A stretch of 64,000 bases of DNA. It comes from Raillietiella orientalis (taxonomy: Eukaryota). The position numbers and the translations under genes were made by a program. Below the pieces are notes generated by a model. That model saw nothing but the letters and a program-made list of their open reading frames with translations, made no database searches and was not told the origin of the DNA. Below, piece after piece: positions 1-13,696 of the stretch (position 1 is its first letter; each line of letters starts with the position of its first letter). Where the stretch lies: NCBI GenBank assembly GCA_036172245.1, contig JAYWIR010000020.1, positions 1,984,001 through 2,048,000 of the forward strand, given 5' to 3'.

Positions 1-3000
1 TACAAATTGACATGGTACAACTTTAGTCAATCAATTCCAAAGAACAGCCGCGAACACAGGTTGTTCTTGTTCGATATTGCTCAGGTTACAAAGCAGCAAA
101 AATGTAGTACAGAGCACAATTAGTAATCCCCAAAATTCTCAGTGTACGGTAATGAATGTCTCCAAATTAAAATGCAGGTACAAGATGCAACAACAGCACA
201 GTTGTTATTCTTAAGGAAAAACTTTTCAATATACACGTTTACTGATGTAAAACATGAATACAATACATAAACCCCATACGAAGGGCGAGACGACCATTTA
301 GCAAGTGAGCACTTTCCTGTATTCAAAAAATTTCGATGGAAGCTTGAAAAACACTTAAACACTAATTTCACTTCATTCGAGCATGAACGCTGCAAATTAA
401 AAATAAATATTCGATGTACCTATTTGAGACGTACCTATTTACCTTCTGGAATAGCATTTATCCAACTAAAACCCAGTAAGTGTCGATAACCTACCCTAGG
501 AAATTTATACTCATCACAAAAAAAAAAAAAAAGGAAAAAAAAAAAAAAAAAAAGAGGAGCGCCCTCAAGCCGTTCTTCGGTACGTAGGTCATAATGGTAA
601 TTATGGAACGTGCAATTTTGAAAACGTACTCCTCGTCAAAACTGAAACTCAGCGTACAAAACTTAATCCAAACTGAAACTACTTTAATCAGTTTTTGTCC
701 TTACGATGTGCAATTTACATTACTATAAGCTGTTGAATAAGCACGTAACCCAATAGGAATGGTATGGGGAAGTTATTCATATCTATCTATATATTTTTAA
801 TGAAACTGTTAATAATTCACACTGTGAAGATTGAGAGTAATTTGTCAATCAAACAACTACAATCATCAAATAGAAACATATATCAACGCTGCACCTCATA
901 TAGAACCAGCTTAATAGACACAAAGCCCTTCAGTTTGTCCTACAACAGCCGACATCATTAAAGTATTTGGAAGGGGGGGGGGGGGAGGATGAGCATCTAC
1001 TACCTAAGCAATTTCATTTATAACAAGAAACGATCCGAATGTAAACTACTAATTATGCTCTACGCTTTCAAATAAGTACACCGCAAATTATATGCATTTT
1101 CTTTTTCCTGGGAAACACTGGGGACAAGAGTGCGCTTCCGGATGCACATGGCAGATGACGAGAGGCAGAGCCCAGCACTGCTCCAACATTTACTTGGATC
1201 CACGGAAGATCATTGCGAAAACACAGAGCACGATGCGGAAAAAGGGACTTTCTTTCTATGTTGAAATACACAGCCTTGAAACCACTGCATGCCGTCTAAA
1301 AGTATGGACAAACAGATTCGATGCACGGGAAAATTCGCACATTACGTGGGAGTCAAAGAGGGAATCCAAATATTATTTCAAACGAGAAATGCAGACCAAA
1401 AAAAAGAAAAGAGAAAAACCAAAATCAGATTTCAAAATAAACCACAGTTATAAATTATCAAGGGAAATGGTTTTCCTCCCAATTGCGTTTTAGAATTTTG
1501 TCACAAATTATCAGGCTTCATTTCATTCCAATGTGCTGAATTTTGACACCCCATCTGACTACTGTAAATATCACATACTAGGGATGTGAAAAATACAACC
1601 AAAAATAGGTACACAAACTTGATCATGGAATTATTCAGTATTTACTTGAATTCAGAGTACACAATTTAATGATCCGCCTATTTGATTGCGCGAAAACAAG
1701 AGGATTCTGGTACCAACTAAGCTATGTGTTTGGGTTGGCACGAGGAAACAGTCACAACTTTCAAGTGAGTTTACTATGAGTGATTGCGCGTTTGCTGGGT
1801 CAAAATTCTCGCTTTCACATCTGTCGAAAACATAAAATGTTTTACACTTAGAGCACTGGACAAACAACTTAAGAAATTCGAAACATCATTAACATGGCAT
1901 ATATCAATCAATGAATCTGCAAGATAGAAATACCTAGGATCACATCTTGTATATCTCTACTAAATTATCAAATATAAAGTAAATGCACAATCTTACCTTA
2001 TAAATAACGTAATCCATGATGAATAGCTGGATTCAATACATAAAAACTTTGTTGTTTATGTAATTATATTTTTTAAGCTACATTTAGTACAACAGATAAA
2101 ACAATGTTCCTATTCATCTAACACAGAGATCCTATAAGATACCACAAGTGCATAAATAATTTGATAAAAATTGGACTTTAATCTTAAAATAAGTTTACAA
2201 TTGATTCTGAATGACTGAAAACCATATCGTATGTATGCTAGGCACAAATGCTAACAGCTTCATTTATTTTCCACAACAGAAACTTGTTCCAGTAGGCTGA
2301 GGAATTGTGAAAAATGGTAATTAGGTGGTAACTGCAATAAAAGTTGAAATTTCAGAATCTAATGCACCTGCTGAGGAAAAAAATCAAGAACAGGTAACTC
2401 ATTCATTGAGATTCACAACATGAACTGAAACCGATTAACAAAAAGTTCATTATTGATAGAAAACAAATCTTTACAAACTCACTTATTGCATACAATTGAA
2501 TACAATAAATGAATGAAGACTGAAGCTGAGTACATTTCGAATTATACTGAATGGCGAACAAATTATTATTCCATAAAAGCGAATTAAAATCATTTGTAAT
2601 ACAGTTTAGCCTGAGTAATGAAGTAATACAATACTTGCATTGCTAAACAGTAGCAAAACAAAGCACATATAAGAATTGACAACCAGCAACCTTTGATTCC
2701 AAAAAAATTGCTGAATGTTTCTCAGGATCAATTGCAATTTTATATATACAAAATCCAACTGGAATTTTACATGCAACATGCATATGCTAAGTTTTAATTT
2801 ATTCAGTGGAAGCTGACCAAGACAGAGAAAATCAATCACAAAGTACTAATGCATAACTACTTTATGATCTTGGGGAGGATAAAAAAAAAAAAAATTAACT
2901 GATAAAGATTTTCACCTACACTTCCTCGGTATATTACTGTTAATTTATAAATCTTATTTTACCTTTCGAAATAAACACACGAAGCATATAAACACAAACA

Positions 3001-6000
3001 TTACTGGTTTATCTCTAAAATTACTGTTTACCAACAGAGAATTCATTTTTCACGAACTTACCAAATACTTTATTTGTTTCACTACTAACTACATCAGTAA
3101 CCGTATAAAGTTTAACTATCAAATGTACTTATAGCAAGTTATTATGGTAACAAAAATACTGCTAAATAAAATGAACCTACATAGTGTTACACAAATTCAC
3201 ATTAGTTTTTAAAACTAGGATCACGTGATTATAAATTAGTTCTTGAAACCATGACCGTGATTCACAAATCACAAACATAAACACGGCCATTATAAATCGA
3301 AGGACAATAAAGACATCTTCCTATGTAAGGAAATATTGTCCTATTTCAACACAGGGAATTCAATCTACAAAAAAAAAAAAAAAATCTTACACAAAAAACT
3401 AACTTACCAATCATGTTTAGACTTCTTACAAATGTTTAATGAAAAATGAAGAAAAACTACGATTTTCATGATAAACAAAAGTTCTACTTTACATAGCAAT
3501 ATTCTTCGAATGGTTGTAACATCTATGATGATTTTCTGAAAGAGAGTATACCTACCTGAAGAAACATCCCGCCCAGTTGCAGACTTCAGTCCCCAAACAA
3601 AAGCGCGTTTTAAAGGTAAGACCTCCACATAAATACTTACAAATTATTTAGTACTTAAATACTACTAACAAACTTAAAGGAATGCTTAGTCTGGTTTATT
3701 CCCGATTTTTTTTTTTTTTTTTTTTTTTACGAATTACTCATCAAATACCCAACTCTGATTTCGAGAATCATCCGTGCATATAATTTGAAATTATTTCTTT
3801 ACATCTTCATTTTTACTTCCTTCATAAAGGTTCTACAGTCTACTTCTGATAATGTAAAATATATGGGGGGAGGGCCTTGATTCACTTATAAGCTTGCATT
3901 CCTTTTGTATTTTCATAGTGGGCCCAATAAGAACTATGATTTACAACTGCACTAAGAATCCATTTAAAATTCTTAGCCATGCTAACACCAACAGTAACGA
4001 GACTTTCAATAAAAACGGATTTGAAAATCTCAATTGCTTTCATAGAAAAACGGAAACTTTAATGAAAAATTTTTTTCTTATTACTCTTAATATCAGTTTC
4101 AAACAAGATTCATGAAACACATGGAACACCTACAATACCATATGTTAAACATCATTCTTTGATGAGATGCATGAGCTTTTTGCCAAATGGATACCAAATG
4201 GATTATGCAATTCGATCTTTTGAACTTAAATTAGCAACAACTTTTTATATGCTTACAATAACAGAATGAATAATGGGATCTGAATTTATATATGCTGTCT
4301 GCATACACATGTGTGAGGAAACAGATTATTATAACAGTATTGAAAATGCTTCAGTATAACCGGCATACACTGCAAATCTCCATTCAACCTGCATACGAGT
4401 TAAAATAATTCATTAACCAGAATAAACATCTGAAATATAACAAGCTTTGAACAAATTGCATTCTCGCATCCATTCTCCATACAAATGCATGATCATCTCA
4501 TGGCTATATTCAGACCAAGAAAACGTATGGGCATGGTTTTTCCATGCTCCAAATGTTTACTTTCGATTCCAAAAACCAAAAATAAGTAACATGAATTCAT
4601 CAACGTATCTAATGAAAATGCAGATAAATAACAATCACGTGGTCTTCAAGTATTTTAAAATCAATACAGAATTCACCAATAAGTTTCAGAACTTCATAAT
4701 TTGCGATTATTTAAATCAAGTACTGTGTATGCACAGTAGAAAGTAATTCCGAGCACATTAATGTTCAAAATATTTGAGTCAAAATAACTTATATCAACAT
4801 TAATCTTTTAAAGTATTCAACACAAATAAAACTATACTGGAGTAACACTTTTCTATGAACTTATAAAGATTTAGTGTTCAGGTTATCATTCTTGTATACA
4901 GGGTAAAAAAGTTAACATACATATATATAATCATTCTCTTTTAATGCAACTATGTTTGCAATTAAAAACACTTTTGAAAAGGAGGAATCAACTTTTATTC
5001 ATAACATGGATTTCACAAATGAAAAGTCATGAGCTTCAGAATAAATGAGAAGTATATAAGTGTGCTAAACATGCTTAATAACTTCAGTAATACCCTTATT
5101 TTTTTATTTTTCCAATTTTCCTCAAAATTAAAATTCACATGAATGACGGAATCACAAAAAATCAGTACTATAAAAGAACTTCAAATATTTGCAATATATG
5201 ATAACTAGCTTCTGAACACAATACAAGTAAATGTACCAAAGCCTTCAAGTATACTTCATTAACAAAACATTTTGCAACTTATAAATTTTAATGCATCATA
5301 TGAATTCAATCTTTTTGTTTCTTCTTTTTGCCAAATTTTCGAAACTTAATTAAACTAGAAAAACATGATTCATAGTTTTTTTAAGAATTCAATTTTTCAT
5401 GGTTTTTAAAGCACACCAAAATTCAAGATTTTCACCACAACTTATCACTGGTTGAGATCACACAACCTCTTCAAGTGAAATTGTTTATCTTATCTGAAAA
5501 CCTAGGATTCCTGCACAAGTATCATAAAAAATTAAGAATATGGTTCAAAACTGTTACTTTTTTATGTGGCTTGGTATGGATCCAATGAAAACAACACTTT
5601 TTAAACTGGCCAAAGCAAAGCTAAAACACTCATCCAATTCAAATCATGGTGATACATTCAAACTTTGTACTTAGAATATGTATTTCGATTAGAAAATGTG
5701 ATTCTTAACTATGAAGATTTGTATATAATAAATAAATCCACTAACACTTTTCTATTTAAATGCATAAAAAAATTACAATTAAAGCAGCAATTCATTTATT
5801 AATGTAACTTATCTTGTGGTACACAAATAAATACTTGAAGAAAATGGATGCACATTTGAAAAAATCCAATCCAGAATTTCGTTTCAAAAATTGCCGATAC
5901 CAGGATGTTGTTTAAGTTGCACCTTTACTTTCCTGGCATTCACAGCAATGAATTTTTAAATGCACTGCTGTTTATCTCGCGAATGTTTGTGACACAGTAT

Positions 6001-6109
6001 GACACATAAACAGTTTTGAAAGTGTTCTGAATGAACATTAATGATGGCCAATCAGAGGGAAAATAATGACTGTTGTCAAGAAACTTCTATTTCTGCTATT
6101 TCAAACCAT

Positions 6110-9100
6110 TCAGTAACGACGACGTTTTGGATTGCCTCCAGCAAAATCTTCCCGTGGCAGGCGTTCAGTACGAGACCAAGAACCTCCACGAGGAGGTATG
6201 CTGGCATCATTAGTAGAGTAACTTTTGTCAGTGCCTCCAACTGGATCATATAAACCTCCTTGAGCATAACCCGGACCGTAATATGAGTCGTAACCGCCCT
6301 GTCCCTCATAACTGGCCTGGCCTTCATATTTTTCCAAGAATTGCTTGCCGTCCTACATTAAGTCACAGTACAAGATGAGACAAGACACTCAACCCCAATT
6401 GATTTCAATAAGCTACAATCATTTGCTCAATGGGAATTGTTCCCACTGAGACCATTCTTAGCATGGGTAGATCACATTCCCTTACTTAGTTGAGAAAAAC
6501 GAAACTCTTGTTCACATAAGTTGATACGAAAATCAATGTTCAAATTAGTTTCCTTTTAGAAGAAATGTTCTAACTAATTAAGATACGGAAGATAAGATGT
6601 CATACGAATTTTGTTTTCTATCTTAATTAATCTCTCGACAAACAACACTCTTCTAAGCTGTTCTCATGCATCCTTCATTAAATTCTAAAAACACTCGCAC
6701 ACAAACGATAAGCAAATTCTTACTTGTGGCATTACACTAGTCATGTTGCCAGGTATTTGCCCTGCACCTGGTTCAGTAAGAGATGCACCACCTGGTGGTA
6801 GCCAAGTCTGATCAGCATTCCATGAATAATCCCTATCGTTACTTCCTCGAAGAACTGCTTCTTGCTGGTCCAGCAAATTGTTCAACTGATTGGCCTGACA
6901 TCAGAATCACAAACTGCCTAGCAGGTGCTCTAATCACCTGCAGAAAGAGTGTGTTTTCTTGCATTCGTCTCCTCATATCTTCTTCTCTTCGTTGCAAAAC
7001 TTGTGTCATATCTTCAGTAGTTCGTCTGTAAAGCTCCTCTTCTTGCCGCCTCATTTCTTCCCGCTGACGCAGACGCAATTCATGATCACGGATCTGTTTC
7101 TCTTTCTCCAATTCTCTATGTCGTAGTTCTACAGAAAGCATATCTTCTTTCCTGGATGAAATATCTTACGTTCTCTCAGCATATTGGTTTCATGTTCAAA
7201 CTTTGCGAACTCCATTTGCTCCTCTAATTTTTCTCTTTCATATTTCATTTCAGCTTCCAGAGATTCCCGCTTTTGTTTTTCTAACTCAAACATTGTTTTC
7301 CAACGCTGTCCATATTCATACTCAAAACTTGAAGGTTTTGCAAAACGAGGACCCACCTATAATATTTTTTAATAGGCACTTTCCTCTTTTATCATCATAT
7401 ACACAACTTGCACACATTTAATCAGTTAAAATGCCGCGAATACTGTTTCATTAGATTCAAACGGTAATTCCAGTCATCATGCTATCAATTGACTCATTCC
7501 ATTTAAGCTATTCTACCCATTCATCCTATTCACCTCTCTTTCACATAAATATTCCCGATTTTTCTTAGGCATGCTTTTTTCTAAACATCCTTCATCTTCA
7601 TCTTGTTCTATAAAGGGTTCTACAATTACTGGTCGAGGAGATCTAAATATAAAGGCATGTAACATATAGACTTAAAGATAGTTATTTACTGTGTAAGAAA
7701 GAAACATCCTTCTTGACACATTTTTAGTGCCAAGTATGCAGCAGGCTTAGCAGCAAACTCTACGATTCCTTCACCAAGAGTTTTGCCTTTGGAATCAACA
7801 ATTACAACAGCTTTTTCAATCTTAAAACGTAAAAATTTTGAAACTAGCAAGAAAACCATGGAAAATAAACACTGACCTCTCCAAAAACAGAAAAAGCTTT
7901 TTCTAATAATTCATTAGACACAAATGGAGATAAATTTTTAACACGTAAGGCTGCTCCATGTGCAGCAAAACGGATTTTTAAGCTACGTCCTTTATGGACA
8001 GTACCATCAAGTTCCAACTTAGCTCTTTCAGCATTAGAGCGATAATCCTATAATGATTATATTGGCAAGAAATTAAAATTTAAAATAACACTTTTTAATT
8101 AAAAACGAAATTTAGCAAAAACCACAAATAAAAAATATGCCTTTTTTATTCTGATTATATTTTCCAGAATTCATATACTTAATACCCTCTCAAAGTTACA
8201 ATGAGTTCAAATTTAATGAATATAACTATTATTGAGTTTCTGGGCTTACCAACTTGATGAATCCGAAAGCTTTATCTGTATTTAAAAAAACTTCAGCCAC
8301 TTCCCCATAAGGCTTGAATATCTGGATAAATTCATCTTCTTTCATATCTACAGCTAAATTTCCAACAAATAATCTACAATGTCCAGAGAATTTTCTAATG
8401 CGCAACTCTTTCGAAGGAAGATCATATGTAGGTCCAAGCATGCTAGCCAATCTTTCATGTACACGATCCTAAATTTAAAATTACAAACGTGAGTTATGCC
8501 ACATTCCTATTTGTTACAATGCAGATAAATGCACCATGACAGATTCTTGTTCACATGTATTTGGTCACAAAATATATAAACATAACCAACTACCATTCAT
8601 GTAAATTCTGCTACTGCTTAGTTTACATAATATATTTTAAAACATTAAAGCGCTTACTTTTACAAGAGATTTCTTAAATAGGAAATAAACACGGCTCAGC
8701 ATTACAATCGACTGCAGTCACTGAGCACTAGAAACATCAACATTTTGAAAACTTGCATTTGATACTTTACAATTCAATCTCAGTTGTAGTTACTTAAATT
8801 ACTAGGAATTATTGCCCGAAAAACTATATGAATACCATGATAAGTGTTCACATGTTGAATACCAAGGCACGCTTGGCTGAAGTCCTATTGATACTCAAAA
8901 ACCAAATTTGTATCCCATGATAAGCAGCACAAGCATGTACCCATGTTGAAATTGAAAATTTCAAAGTCGCACTTAGAAAACTGCACAAGATAAAAAAAAT
9001 AAAAAATGCTGATTTACAGCAACTATGAATAGCAATTCAGGGCCATGTTAATGCAATTTCTTTTAACTTTAAAACAGTAACAAACTTAAAAAAACCTTTG

Positions 9101-9569
9101 CGATTGACATTTGCGATTTATTTTCTTTTCGGTATTACAAAAAACACTGCTCAACTCCATAAAATGAAAACAGAGGGGCATTAGAGCTAAATGCAAAATG
9201 AGCTCCTTATACAACCGTAAAATTCCTGAAAGACGCTTATCGTATATATTTACCTTTTTCATTTTGAGAACGAATGTTATTTAGTTTCAAGTTCAACGAA
9301 GTATTTCACTATTAACCAATACAACGTTACATTACAAACGTTTGTATGTAAACTTGCAAATAAGAAAACTCTACAACCTCTGCGGACTTTCCTTTTCTTC
9401 CTTCTGACATACGACCGAAACCTCCATCGTATGCACTGCCACCTCTTCCTCTTTTGCCTCGGCCCCATGGTTTACTTCTCAAATCAGGTTGAATCAAGTC
9501 GTTATGCACATTTTCTAAAGGGACAATGTTGTCCAAATCTCCAGATTCTTGTTTGATGCCACTATCCAT
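6110..9569 (-). CDS. DBHS-family RNA-binding protein (NONO/SFPQ/PSPC1; insect NonA/Hrp65-like), 9 coding exons, 537 aa
   Basis: Hand-spliced with GT-AG introns and consistent phases. Exons: 9378-9569, 8250-8468, 7877-8047, 7690-7820, 7534-7642, 7170-7356, 6938-7128, 6724-6894, 6110-6352 (1614 nt). Motifs: RRM1 (CRLFVGNL...KAFGFIKL), RRM2 ([35 protein letters not shown]...GEGIVEF), NOPS (SPRPVIVEP...[23 protein letters not shown]), coiled coil, and C-terminal [12 protein letters not shown] like NONO PNKRRRY. Confidence 0.96.
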
Positions 9570-10999
9570 AATATCTTCTATTTATGCTCCTAATTTTTTT
9601 CTAAATCTTGATGGCGTCTACGCTTGTTTCATAAACGTTCATCAGGACGCCGCAAACTTGCATTTCTACTTCCGTAGGCAAGCAGATTTTCGAAAATGCC
9701 GAAATCCAGATAGGGAAACTATCTTTCATAGAATCTACAAACAACAAACTTACGTCAAATAATAGATCTTTATTTTAATTACAAAGCACTCTTTAATTGA
9801 TCGATCTACAATACACATTGCAGTTGTTTTTTACGTGAAGGTGAACGTGCGATTCCAGTCACGTGTCTTTTTGGCAAACAGCGTGTGTAAAATTTAAAAT
9901 GAATTTCTTTTGTTTATTTCGAAAATCGTAGAATCATGAAAAAACTAAAGGAACTTCCCATCATATAGATTATAGGAAATTCCCATCTATTTTAACATTT
10001 CACTCGCCTTAAATTTGTTAAAACAGGTATAACTGTTTTTCATATAGCATCTTTTCAAACAATCTTTCAAAATAAACGTTCTTTACACTCTACGATTATC
10101 TCAGAGTTTAGTTTTGGAGTTTCCAATAGAATCTATATGCATATCGACTTGCTTAATAAACTTCTCTCTATATCTTGATTATTAATAACGATGATCTTGC
10201 AAAACAAAAAAAGATATTTCATTGCTGTGTTGCTGTGGTCATGTATATCATTGTAATTAGAAAAACATCAAAATAATCATTTTTTTCTTCTTTTTAGAAA
10301 AGGCAAGGGTGATTCACAAACTTTTCTTTCCCACTTGAAGGTGTATTTTGTTTTAGAGTAAAGTGCCAGGCATATCTGAAGTAACAGCTTTGCATCACTC
10401 GTTTGTAGATGGTTGTGGTTTCTAGAACACAAAATGTCAAATCATACAATACATTGGTATGCATGCAGTGTTTTGTAGAAAGTTTGCAAATAGGAAAGGA
10501 CACAAACAATTAGTCAAATACTGCTTCGGAGCTTCCACTGAAATCACGAAGGCATTCATTACTATATCATCTGAAAAGTAACTAGATTATTATGCATCTT
10601 CACAAGATCAGCTCGTGTTTTTTACTTTTCGAAAGGAGTTTTTCTTTAGGAACCTTATTTAATTCAAGCACGTCATGTACATACATCTAAACTGCCACAT
10701 TCATGTGCATTTTTTTCAATTGATACAGATCTCTTGCCAATGTGGAGCGTTCCAAGGTCTTGAAAATGTACACTTTAAACAGGGAGGGAACATCAGAAGA
10801 AAGTGTACTATTCGTTTTATATTTTTGCGTGTAATAATTTATCATCTGTTGTAAGGTAGGCAAGAATAAGTCATGTTTATTACAAAAAGTTAGTACATGA
10901 TTGATAATTCATGGACGCAGATTAAAAAAAAAATTGCATTTGAATAACATAAATGATGGAAAAAAAGATAGCTAAGTCTCTATTGATTATACTTACCAA

Positions 11000-11700
11000 A
11001 ATACACTGATTATATTCATGAAGAGCATGTATTAGCTCCTATTTTTTCATAAACTAAGAAAAGGAATGTATTCAGAATTAAAAAGAGAAATATTGAAAAG
11101 CGAATTAAATGAATATCACTGGACAATTTGAAAACAAAAAATTGAGGGTGTTCGATGAGTACAACCAAAGCTAGATTTGAAGCAGTCATTTCTCACACTA
11201 TTGAATAAGCCTAGTAGTTTTTTGAAAACACGAAAAACATGACCTTTTTCAAATGAATGACGAAAAGCTTTCGAATGACTTCATATTGCTTCATGAGCTT
11301 CCGTAAAATCGTTGAGACAAAGAGGGGGCTGCTATATTTAAGTTAAGAGATGGTTGAATACCATGTTTAAATTTATGTTTTACATGCGTGTTCAAATACA
11401 ATTCTTTACAGTGATCCAAAAAATAAAATACAGCAGTACTTTTGAACCTAAAGTGCAAGCATTTTCCTGAAGTGGCGAATAGAAGCGAGATCTTAAAGAG
11501 ATGAAGAGTGGCGTAGAGTTTATGGACTGAAGAGAAGGAATTTTCACATAGATGATACTCCTAAAAGTGCGAAGCAAAATCAATCAAAATCATGTTGCAA
11601 AATGAACAACATCTCTTTCATTCTGAACAATGGCCGAAGGATTATAACAGAAAGCAAAAGCAAGAAATAAACTTTGTGAACTAAGGGTTGTCGCAAGACA
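11000..11700 (-). mobile_element. Highly decayed non-LTR retrotransposon RT fragment
   Basis: Minus-strand KYSSPLFVSTILRKLMK (~11,300-11,340) resembles the NYRPISLxSxxxKxxE motif; many stops. Confidence 0.35.
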
Positions 11701-11829
11701 TTGCAATAAGAAGTATTTCACACTGTCTTCAAGGCAAATAATACCCTCTGATTACTATATGAATAATGGGTTCGGCTTGGACTATGGGCATTAGGTATCG
11801 GTCTGCGGTGTTCTACGCAAAAGTTAGTT

Positions 11830-13310
11830 TTCCTTCGCCCCCTGCTTTTTGTTTGCCTCCCCTCTCCAGCCAGCAAGGGAAGGACTGAGGGCCTCCTGAG
11901 AAAAGCCCTGTGGGGCACACGGAGGTCTCGCGTCTGCTTGCAAGACTTGTGAGCTCCGCGTTGGGATGGTAAACTGGACCCTCTCACGATGGAGAGGATA
12001 GAGAGTCAGCTCCAATTCAGAAGGCTCACCCTCGCGGCGGGGGTATGAACCACTCTCTGGGGAGCTCCAGTACGGCTCTTCGCGAAGAGAGCAACCGGCT
12101 GCGAGGGGCTGCCTTCGGTCCTCGTGACCAATCATCAACCAGTTTGAGGTATTGTGGTTTTTCAACTGAGAAGCATGATTGCCTTGGTGGAGGGGAACAC
12201 CTGATCTTGAATATAAATTGTCCCTTCAATATTTTCGTCTATTTCACGATCATCAAAATCTCCTGCCTCCTCGCGAACTACACTGCTCGGCTCCAGGAGT
12301 CGGTCTTCGCCTGGGGGAAGACCCACGGCACGAGCGAGGCGAAGTGAGCCCACCTGCAACGCTCGCAAGTCTTCAGAGATGCGATGGTCCGCAACCCGCT
12401 CAAGATGCGGTGGACCTCGTCTACTCCCCTTGCCCCAGTGCTGCCCTACCTCCTTTAGAGAACAAAGGGACGACGTTGTCCCCTGCAAGATGGGAAGTGA
12501 CGTGCTGCACTGCGGCCGCAAAGAAAATTCCGGGTGTGCACACAACTCGGGAAGTGACAGACAGCTGCGACCCCGAGTGTCCCTCCCCAAGGAGGACTTG
12601 TGCATTGGGGAGAGCTGCTCGGCATCCCTCCGGAGGAGGTGGAGCGGCCCCTAGCGTTCTGGGGCAGTGGCGCCCTCTCCCTCAAGTGGCCGAGTCGGCA
12701 TTGCTGGTGGTGCATGGGGGAATCCCGTGCAAAGCGCGCCTTCACCAGTGGATACGGAGGAGGGTGGATGCTCAAAGTGGGCTGGTGCAGGAAGAAGGGG
12801 ACCCTCACGTCCCTGCTGCCGAACTGCGCTGCCCTCCGACCCCTTCGGGATCGCCTCGAGGCGACCCTAGGAATCTCGGCGGGAGACCCAAGGGACATTT
12901 TCAAGGTGAGTGCCGCACTGCCTCCAGCCGCGACATTCTGCAGCCTTCGCGGGATCACAGCGGCTTGGAACGCCGGAAGAGGAAGCCGAAATTGTAGGGA
13001 CACAATCCACTGGGTGCGGATCTCCCTGAGGACCGCCTCAAGATGGTCCCACCTGGGGCGAGACACGGACGGAACTTGCCATCACTCTGAACAGAATGCA
13101 GAGGACGCCTAGCAGCGTACTGTACCCCTCCCCCCGTGTACAATTTCCCCTCCCCCTGTTTTTGTACGTCATTTTTTTTGTTTTTGTTTTCCCTTCCTCC
13201 ACACTACCAAAGCGGACCTCGCCGGTCTGCATGCCGCTCTTTGGAAAGTTCCTTGCAGGTGGTAGGAGCAACGGTTCCCCCACACCAATGGATTTTCATT
13301 ATTTTATGTA
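11830..13310 (+). mobile_element. 5'-truncated L1/Tx1-like LINE: RT C-terminal half, zf-RVT zinc finger, 3' UTR (degenerate)
   Basis: SPLLFV-like motif B (~11,830), SLRYCGF (KYLG-like), IKISCLLANYTARLQESVFAWGK, and WCRKKGTLTSLLPNCAALRPLRDRL (decayed CxxC..ET..H....C). The 3' UTR (GGACCTCGCCGGTC) is shared with copies at ~18,160 and ~39,175. Confidence 0.8.
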
Positions 13311-13429
13311 ATGAATGCCCCAGCATAACCAGGTGATATCATCCTAGGCCAATAATAACGACCTCTTCGTGAACCCACTGCTGGTTTCGTTTTCAAACAA
13401 AAGAAGGAGAAGAAAATCCGTCTTCATGA

Positions 13430-13696
13430 GAAATGTCCGTCTTGGGGAGGGGGTGACGCTTCAGGCGTGGCTGGGGCTTCGCCTTGGACTTGGGAGCAAA
13501 CAGGGAAATGTTCGGGTTGGATGACAGCTCCTGGACGCGGCGGAAAAGTTCTTCCCATGCGAAGGCATCGAGGAAGTGCAGGGCGACCACGCATCCGTGG
13601 TCGGCGCTGTGGTGTAAGGTGTGGAAACCCGCCTAGTAACGTTGGTAGTTGCTGAGGTTGTCGATGACTTCGGAGGACGAAGGAGGTCGAGTCCCA
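13430..13696 (-). pseudogene. Disrupted exon of a WH1/EVH1-domain (MESR3-like) host gene
   Basis: After acceptor ttttgcAG: WDSTSFVL, then a frameshift to EVIDNLSNYQRY*AGFHTLHHSADHGCVVALHFLDAFAWEELFRRVQELSSNPNISLFAPKSKAKPQPRLKRHPLPKTDISH. In-frame TAG at 13633-13635. Family assignment is from remembered motifs (IDNL..Y...FHT...S.DH; P.K.DIS). Confidence 0.6.

Noticed and set aside
1..6000. Short ORFs and splice-like motifs in the AT-rich region downstream of the NONO-like gene
   Set aside because: No recognisable protein motif and no phase-consistent exon chain could be built; may be UTR, intron or intergenic.
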